64,000 nucleotides of DNA, taken from a virus (taxonomy: Duplodnaviria > Caudoviricetes). Numbering within the stretch: position 1 is the stretch's first letter; each line of letters begins with the position of its first letter. The position numbers and the translations under genes are program-made. The stretch covers positions 1-64,000 of the IMG/VR virus record IMGVR_UViG_3300028888_000047. One strand, 5' to 3'. The notes under the pieces were generated by a model that was given only the letters and a program-made list of their open reading frames with translations, made no database searches and was not told the origin of the DNA. Of this stretch, positions 58,865-64,000 are shown piece by piece.

Positions 58865-59269
58865 TTATAATTCTATGAACATTCTTTGTTTTGACCCTTC
58901 AGGTTTATTCTTTTCTTCCTCGTTAGTGAATTTAAATCCTTCTGATGCGTAGAAGTTGATTAAATCCTCTTGCAGTAGTGTGCCGAAACTCTGTGCATCT
59001 AGTACCAATACCTTTCCTTTATAATCTTCTTTAATTCTTTTTATAAGTTGCCTACCATATCCTTTCCTTCTATGTTCACCATATACTAAAAATGAACCTA
59101 GGTAGTAAATGTCTTTTTCCTCTTTCTTTGTAAATGGATGTTCTTTAACTGCTGATGAAAAGACTGCTATTTCGCCAATTTTATTACCATCATCAAGCAT
59201 TTCGTAGAAGGTTGATTCTATTCTTCTACCTGGTACTGCTGGGTACCACCTTTTTTCGATTGTAATCAT
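58865..59269 (-). CDS. GNAT acetyltransferase
   Basis: RRKGYG motif; FYASEGF; paralogue of 45432..45842. Confidence 0.8.
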   Translation of the reverse strand: MITIEKRWYPAVPGRRIESTFYEMLDDGNKIGEIAVFSSAVKEHPFTKKEEKDIYYLGSFLVYGEHRRKGYGRQLIKRIKEDYKGKVLVLDAQSFGTLLQEDLINFYASEGFKFTNEEEKNKPEGSKQRMFIEL

Positions 59270-59482
59270 CTATATTCTTCAATTAAACAATCTCCTGGAA
59301 TTACTTCTCTTGCTCCGCTATGTGGGCCATTTTGGTATTCGCATAAGATACCTTTATTACCATGAGGGTCTGTACCTATGCCAAAGCATTTTACAAAGAT
59401 GTTTGTACCTTTGATTCTAACGTCACAGTTTTGTACTCAGTATTTATATTCTTCTGGTTTCATAACACTTGTTTTATTCATA

Positions 59483-60073
59483 TTACTCTATACTTTTGAG
59501 TTCTTCTTCTAGTTTTTTAATTTTATTTCTTGTTGTTTCTAGTCCTTTTGCTGCTTTCTTTTCGTAGTTTTTTAGATTTTTAAGTTCCTTAGTGAGTCTA
59601 TCACTTTTTTCCTTATTTATCTTTTTTAGAATGTCCTCAACTGAGTTTATTTCATTTATTGTTTTTGGAGATTGGTATATATCTCCGTTTTGTGTAAGTT
59701 CGAAATATCCGACTCTACCTTCTTTAACGTCCAGTGTAACTCTTTGATTATCGTGCATCCACGCTGAGAATGTGATGGGTTTCTTTGATGTTTTTATGTC
59801 CACATTATATTCAACATTATGTTTCCAGCACAAATGTCCTTTTTCCTTCTTTGTTTTTATTTTTGCCTTAGCTTTTTCTTTTGTGATGCCTAGGATTAAA
59901 GCCACTGTGTTGGTGAATGCTTCATCGAATTCTTTTTTTGCTTTTTTGATTTCTTGTTCAGTCATCATAAAGCCGCCATCATCGAATGGTACGCCAAAGT
60001 AGGCGTGTATGCTTGAGATACGTGGTCTAACCTCTTCAAGAGTAATATTAGATTTTACAAATGTTTTATCCAT
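59483..60073 (-). CDS. Hypothetical protein with C-terminal coiled coil
   Basis: 196-aa ORF. Confidence 0.7.
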   Translation of the reverse strand: MDKTFVKSNITLEEVRPRISSIHAYFGVPFDDGGFMMTEQEIKKAKKEFDEAFTNTVALILGITKEKAKAKIKTKKEKGHLCWKHNVEYNVDIKTSKKPITFSAWMHDNQRVTLDVKEGRVGYFELTQNGDIYQSPKTINEINSVEDILKKINKEKSDRLTKELKNLKNYEKKAAKGLETTRNKIKKLEEELKSIE

Positions 60074-60086
60074 AATTTTTAACTAA

Positions 60087-60596
60087 CTAATCGTTATTCC
60101 ACTTTTTAAGTTCTTCATTCAATGTGTCTATTGTATTTTTGGTGAATACCAGGAACTTATCCATCTTAATGGATTCGGACACATATTCTCCATTTTCGTT
60201 AACATAATAGGTAGTTCCCTTTGGGATTGAGCAAAGAGCTAATATTATATTTAATTTTGTATTATAATGCGCTATTACTCCTTTTGGGCTAAGTGGGGTT
60301 ACAAGTACCAAATTCACACCATTTGTAATTGCTCCTTGCATAAGTTGGCATTTGCATGAATATGAATGCATGCCGTGATATATTTCATAGATGTAGTGGT
60401 CACTGTACAATGGAATCAATGGGCGTGGTTTGTCAAAGTGGTCAGCATCATATGTTTTACCTTCCTCATAAAACTCCCTTGCTTTCTGGAAGTATGGCAA
60501 TGCGCCATAATTATAATATCTCAAGCAGATTTTATAGACGTGTAAATCCTTATCTGCTATATGTGGCTTAATACATTTTTTAGTTTCCCAACACAT
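60087..60596 (-). CDS. Paralogue family E (MCW...G.HSY...C.IPKG..Y..N..GE.VS)
   Basis: Three copies in window. Confidence 0.8.
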   Translation of the reverse strand: MCWETKKCIKPHIADKDLHVYKICLRYYNYGALPYFQKAREFYEEGKTYDADHFDKPRPLIPLYSDHYIYEIYHGMHSYSCKCQLMQGAITNGVNLVLVTPLSPKGVIAHYNTKLNIILALCSIPKGTTYYVNENGEYVSESIKMDKFLVFTKNTIDTLNEELKKWNND

Positions 60597-60731
60597 AGTT
60601 AATATCTCCTTTATTTTGTTATGGCTGAAAGATAGTAATATTCTGTGAGAAAAACAAATATATTTGGTTAAATAAAGTTAAAAGGTGAAAGATTGCTATC
60701 CTTCACCATTTTTTGCCCATATTAGTTTTTA

Positions 60732-61031
60732 CTACCAATCTATTGTTATAGTTTTTTCTGGAGAGATATTAGTTCTTGTGATATACACCTTATAGAATTT
60801 CTTTTCGTACTGAGTTTTAATATACTCTTCTACGGTAGACTTAACTGTATTGTTTGAAATCTTTATAAAGGTATTAATAAGGCTGCTTAAATCAAATGAT
60901 ATACTAAGCATACCACTTTTTGCTGTTTCTTCAATACGCCTATCTACGTATTCAATTAATTCATTAAGGCTTTCTTCATACGTTGTATTTATTGTACTAA
61001 AAGCCAGTTCTCTTGCTTTTTGTGCTACCAT
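60732..61031 (-). CDS. Hypothetical protein, paralogue of 45060..45365
   Basis: Start moved to MVAQKAR. Confidence 0.7.
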   Translation of the reverse strand: MVAQKARELAFSTINTTYEESLNELIEYVDRRIEETAKSGMLSISFDLSSLINTFIKISNNTVKSTVEEYIKTQYEKKFYKVYITRTNISPEKTITIDW

Positions 61032-61035
61032 ATTA

Positions 61036-61368
61036 TTATTTCTTTTTTCTTTTAAAGAAAGCCTTTTTTTCGTCCTCGAAAAATATATCTTCAACTGTGA
61101 TTAAGCCATCGCAATCTTGCAAGGTATTTTCATCTTTCCAGGCTTTTATTTTAAACGCTGTCATTGTATTTCCTGAGCAGTTGACTATATCTTCTGGTTT
61201 AATGTTCAGTGTTTTATCTTGTTCATTAACCCATTTGGTAATCATATCCATTATATCAGTCATTTTTGCTTTTGCTTTATCCAATGAATGATAGTAGAAT
61301 GGCCCCCAGGTAAGCATAGTTTTATCGGGGTAGATGATATTACCTTCAGCTTTAAAATATCTATTCAT
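61036..61368 (-). CDS. Hypothetical protein
   Basis: Operonic ORF. Confidence 0.65.
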   Translation of the reverse strand: MNRYFKAEGNIIYPDKTMLTWGPFYYHSLDKAKAKMTDIMDMITKWVNEQDKTLNIKPEDIVNCSGNTMTAFKIKAWKDENTLQDCDGLITVEDIFFEDEKKAFFKRKKK

Positions 61369-61918
61369 TTATATAATATTTTAGAATATCTTCAAAATTC
61401 TTTTTTGTCTTATGTCCAAAATCATCTTCATTAATTACGCTATCTCCTGACCACATTGATTTTACCGAAACCATACGTTTTTTACCAGAATTATAAGTAA
61501 TGAATTTTCCAATTTCAAACATAATTAAATTTGGTCTGAAATCTTGTGGTGTTTCTTGATTAGATACGTATAATGAAATATTATTTCTTTTATAATATGC
61601 GTGTATTAAAGCACCTTTATGTCCTTCTTTCTTATATCTAATAAAGCCACAACTGATTAAGAAATCATGCACCTTTTCAAAGTAATCATCAAGATATACA
61701 GGTAGATATTGTATGGTTGTGCGTAATTTTGTTAGTTCTTCATCAGTTAAGCCATAATAATGGTCTTGTCTAAATAGCCTTTCATACACAATCTCTGGAC
61801 GTTCCCCATATCTACAATTAAATGGAGATTCATATATATAGCCATTATTGTCTAATGGTTTACCATAAGGCAAACTATTTACGTAATCATTAACATTATT
61901 AAAATAAGGTACGTTCAT
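61361..61918 (-). CDS. Hypothetical protein
   Basis: Operonic ORF. Confidence 0.7.
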   Translation of the reverse strand: MNVPYFNNVNDYVNSLPYGKPLDNNGYIYESPFNCRYGERPEIVYERLFRQDHYYGLTDEELTKLRTTIQYLPVYLDDYFEKVHDFLISCGFIRYKKEGHKGALIHAYYKRNNISLYVSNQETPQDFRPNLIMFEIGKFITYNSGKKRMVSVKSMWSGDSVINEDDFGHKTKKNFEDILKYYINE

Positions 61919-61919
61919 A

Positions 61920-62120
61920 TTATGTATCTTTTATTTCCTCATATGTTTCTTCATCATAGCCAAAGAATCCAAGTGGGTCTTCCATTGGTTCTCCAGCGAT
62001 ATTCTCATATGCTTCTTTGGCAGCGTTTATTGAATCTTCAATTGTTGCTCCCATATCGAAGAACTTATGATATTCATAATCTGCTGCTTTTTCTGCTGCA
62101 ATTTTTGTTGACTTATCCAT
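61920..62120 (-). CDS. Acidic hypothetical protein
   Basis: Operonic ORF. Confidence 0.6.
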   Translation of the reverse strand: MDKSTKIAAEKAADYEYHKFFDMGATIEDSINAAKEAYENIAGEPMEDPLGFFGYDEETYEEIKDT

Positions 62121-62146
62121 TGTTATTGATGATTTTCGTTAATGTA

Positions 62147-62434
62147 TTACAAATATTCTGGTAATAATTTGGTTACGTTATATCTATCTACTGACATTCT
62201 TATTGGTTTTTTAAAGAATTTAATTTGTTCTTTTTTCTTTAGTTTGTAGTGTGGCAGATTACAATAGTAGTGGTCGTTATATTCAACTTGAACCTTTATA
62301 TGTCCTGTCCATTTTTCAGTAAACCCAGTTACAGTTCCTTTTCTATAACTTGAATTACCTGATGATAATACTACCACTTCATCGCCAATTGACAGTTCAT
62401 TGCCAACGCAATCTTCTACTTTTATGTTATTCAT
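62147..62434 (-). CDS. SH3/KOW-like small protein
   Basis: D..GNEL.IGD.V...G.V.GFT. Confidence 0.65.
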   Translation of the reverse strand: MNNIKVEDCVGNELSIGDEVVVLSSGNSSYRKGTVTGFTEKWTGHIKVQVEYNDHYYCNLPHYKLKKKEQIKFFKKPIRMSVDRYNVTKLLPEYL

Positions 62435-62437
62435 TGC

Positions 62438-62674
62438 TTATTTTATATAATGTATGTATTCAGGGTCAATTTCATAACAGTTATTCGCTAAGGCTGTATA
62501 GTCATCAAGATACTGAAATTCAATTGCATCTTTATCTATTAGATGTATGAATCTAAGAATATCACCGTCTAGGTCTATTGCATCGCCATTATTTAAATTA
62601 ACCAATCTTGCTTCTTCATTTTGCAGCGCCTCATCTTGTGAAAGGATAAATTCTGCCAGTTCTTTAAACGTCAT
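62438..62674 (-). CDS. Hypothetical protein
   Basis: Operonic ORF. Confidence 0.6.
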   Translation of the reverse strand: MTFKELAEFILSQDEALQNEEARLVNLNNGDAIDLDGDILRFIHLIDKDAIEFQYLDDYTALANNCYEIDPEYIHYIK

Positions 62675-63149
62675 GTAATTTAAAACTTATTATTTTGTCA
62701 TTGATTTCTTTTATATTATCGTATGCGACTCTTGATTTAATAACTTTGTTTATTACTATACAATTTGAAACTATTTCGCCTTCATCATTTATATAGTATT
62801 TAGAGCCTTTTGGAATTGTGCATAGAACGATACGTGCATTTACTCCTTCATATGTAGATAATGATTTAAGTACCACGAATGAATCGCATCCACAATAAGT
62901 ATCTTCATCTATTGACTCATTATATATTTTATATGAGTGCAACCCTGAATCTATTTTAATATAGTCAGAGCCTGTATATGTGACTCCAAATGGGCTATAA
63001 TATGTTTCTCCTTCCTTATATATTTTTATATCGCCATTAATTTTATAATATGGCTTAATTTTTTTATCAGGAGTTATTCGGCAAACTTTAAACGTTTTAA
63101 TATCATTTTTCGCCGTGTGTTTATTTTCTATTTTTCCTCTCCAACACAT
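62664..63149 (-). CDS. Paralogue family E
   Basis: Same motifs. Confidence 0.8.
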   Translation of the reverse strand: MCWRGKIENKHTAKNDIKTFKVCRITPDKKIKPYYKINGDIKIYKEGETYYSPFGVTYTGSDYIKIDSGLHSYKIYNESIDEDTYCGCDSFVVLKSLSTYEGVNARIVLCTIPKGSKYYINDEGEIVSNCIVINKVIKSRVAYDNIKEINDKIISFKLHDV

Positions 63150-63705
63150 AAGTCAATTTTCCTATTTCCCAGTTATCTAAAACCTTATTTACTCTTTCAA
63201 CACTTCTTTTGCTTACAGAACAATCCTTATTGTAGGTGAATGGTCTTATATATATTTTCACCACCTTAATAGAATCAGACACAATTTCTCCAACTGAGTT
63301 TACAGCATATCTTGTTCCTTTTGGAATTACGCATAACATAATAGCAGTGTTTTCTGTTCTGTAGTATTGCGGACGTGCTATTACGTCATGTGACAGTGTG
63401 GTTGTTTTATATGTGCCAACATAAATTGATGTAATGTCATCAGGAAATAATCTGAGATTTGCTGGCGAATATGAGTGCATTCCTCTGTCAACCATAAAGC
63501 CATCGGGCATTCCATAACTTATATTATTCTTAAAGGCAAAGCCACGACGGGAACACTCATATTCCTCATTTTCCTTATATTCAATTCGTTGAGTTTGGAA
63601 ATAAGGATGTACCTTATCAGTATTTTTCTCTACATTACAAATCTTAAATACAGGAACATCTTTGTTTGCAATAATTACGGATTTTTCTTTATTTCTCCAG
63701 CACAT
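63121..63705 (-). CDS. Paralogue family E (start MCWRN)
   Basis: Same motifs. Confidence 0.8.
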   Translation of the reverse strand: MCWRNKEKSVIIANKDVPVFKICNVEKNTDKVHPYFQTQRIEYKENEEYECSRRGFAFKNNISYGMPDGFMVDRGMHSYSPANLRLFPDDITSIYVGTYKTTTLSHDVIARPQYYRTENTAIMLCVIPKGTRYAVNSVGEIVSDSIKVVKIYIRPFTYNKDCSVSKRSVERVNKVLDNWEIGKLTYVLERKNRK

Positions 63706-63709
63706 ATTT

Positions 63710-64000
63710 TTAACATTTAGATATGAATATATAATCTTCAAGTAAAAGAGTAGTAAGCCTCAATCTGGTATCATCTATCTTCTTTGTATATTTTTCAATT
63801 AATCTTTCTTTAAGCTTTTTTACAGCCCATTTAATTCCGTCCTCATCCATGACGAAATAACTGCCATCGTCTCTTTTGTGAGAGGTATCTGTTGAATTTA
63901 ATGATAGTTTCCAGTGTGACCCACAGTAGTCAAGACATACTCGTGTAATCTTGCCATTTTTATAATGGCACACCTCAAGTATTTTATATGCTTCTACAGT
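63710..64000 (-). CDS. Hypothetical protein (probably 5'-truncated by window)
   Basis: Frame remains open to the window edge. Confidence 0.55.
   Translation of the reverse strand, partial: TVEAYKILEVCHYKNGKITRVCLDYCGSHWKLSLNSTDTSHKRDDGSYFVMDEDGIKWAVKKLKERLIEKYTKKIDDTRLRLTTLLLEDYIFISKC

Noticed and set aside
1-64000. TAG-to-Gln recoding as in Lak megaphages
   Set aside because: Long enzymes are intact in the standard code, and TAG stops (e.g. 50730, 60732) fall at the same C-terminal positions as TAA stops of paralogues

Overview
AT-rich window from a large dsDNA phage, most likely a jumbo phage of a Bacteroidota (Prevotella-like) host. Support for the host: TAnnTTTG/TTTG promoters and A-rich, mostly SD-less translation starts. 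The standard genetic code fits. Three zones: (1) 1-15 kb, mostly minus strand, nucleotide/RNA-metabolism and putative late genes (EEP hydrolase, two metallophosphoesterases, dNMP kinase, SF1 helicase, RlaP-like nucleotidyltransferase, Thg1-like, holin-like, 'LTESDL' N-terminal motif proteins, and a small ORF with a terminator inside it, reminiscent of ArfA/BrfA). (2) 16.1-41.1 kb, a promoter-dense early/host-takeover-like module with 16 strictly alternating inverted TATCTTTG-NN-RTRGG elements bounding gene cassettes (one cassette mirror-inverted), about a dozen terminator-coupled segments that read as antisense to translation-start regions, 11 GTACTTAATTAAGTAC-type palindromes, three canonical tRNAs, a tRNA with a 118-nt anticodon-loop insert, an array of three non-canonical tRNA-like RNAs and a ~510-nt structured ncRNA. 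(3) 42.9-64 kb, a minus-strand array of small ORFs from interleaved paralogue families with conserved ends, variable middles and identical DNA patches. All calls are by eye; no searches were run.
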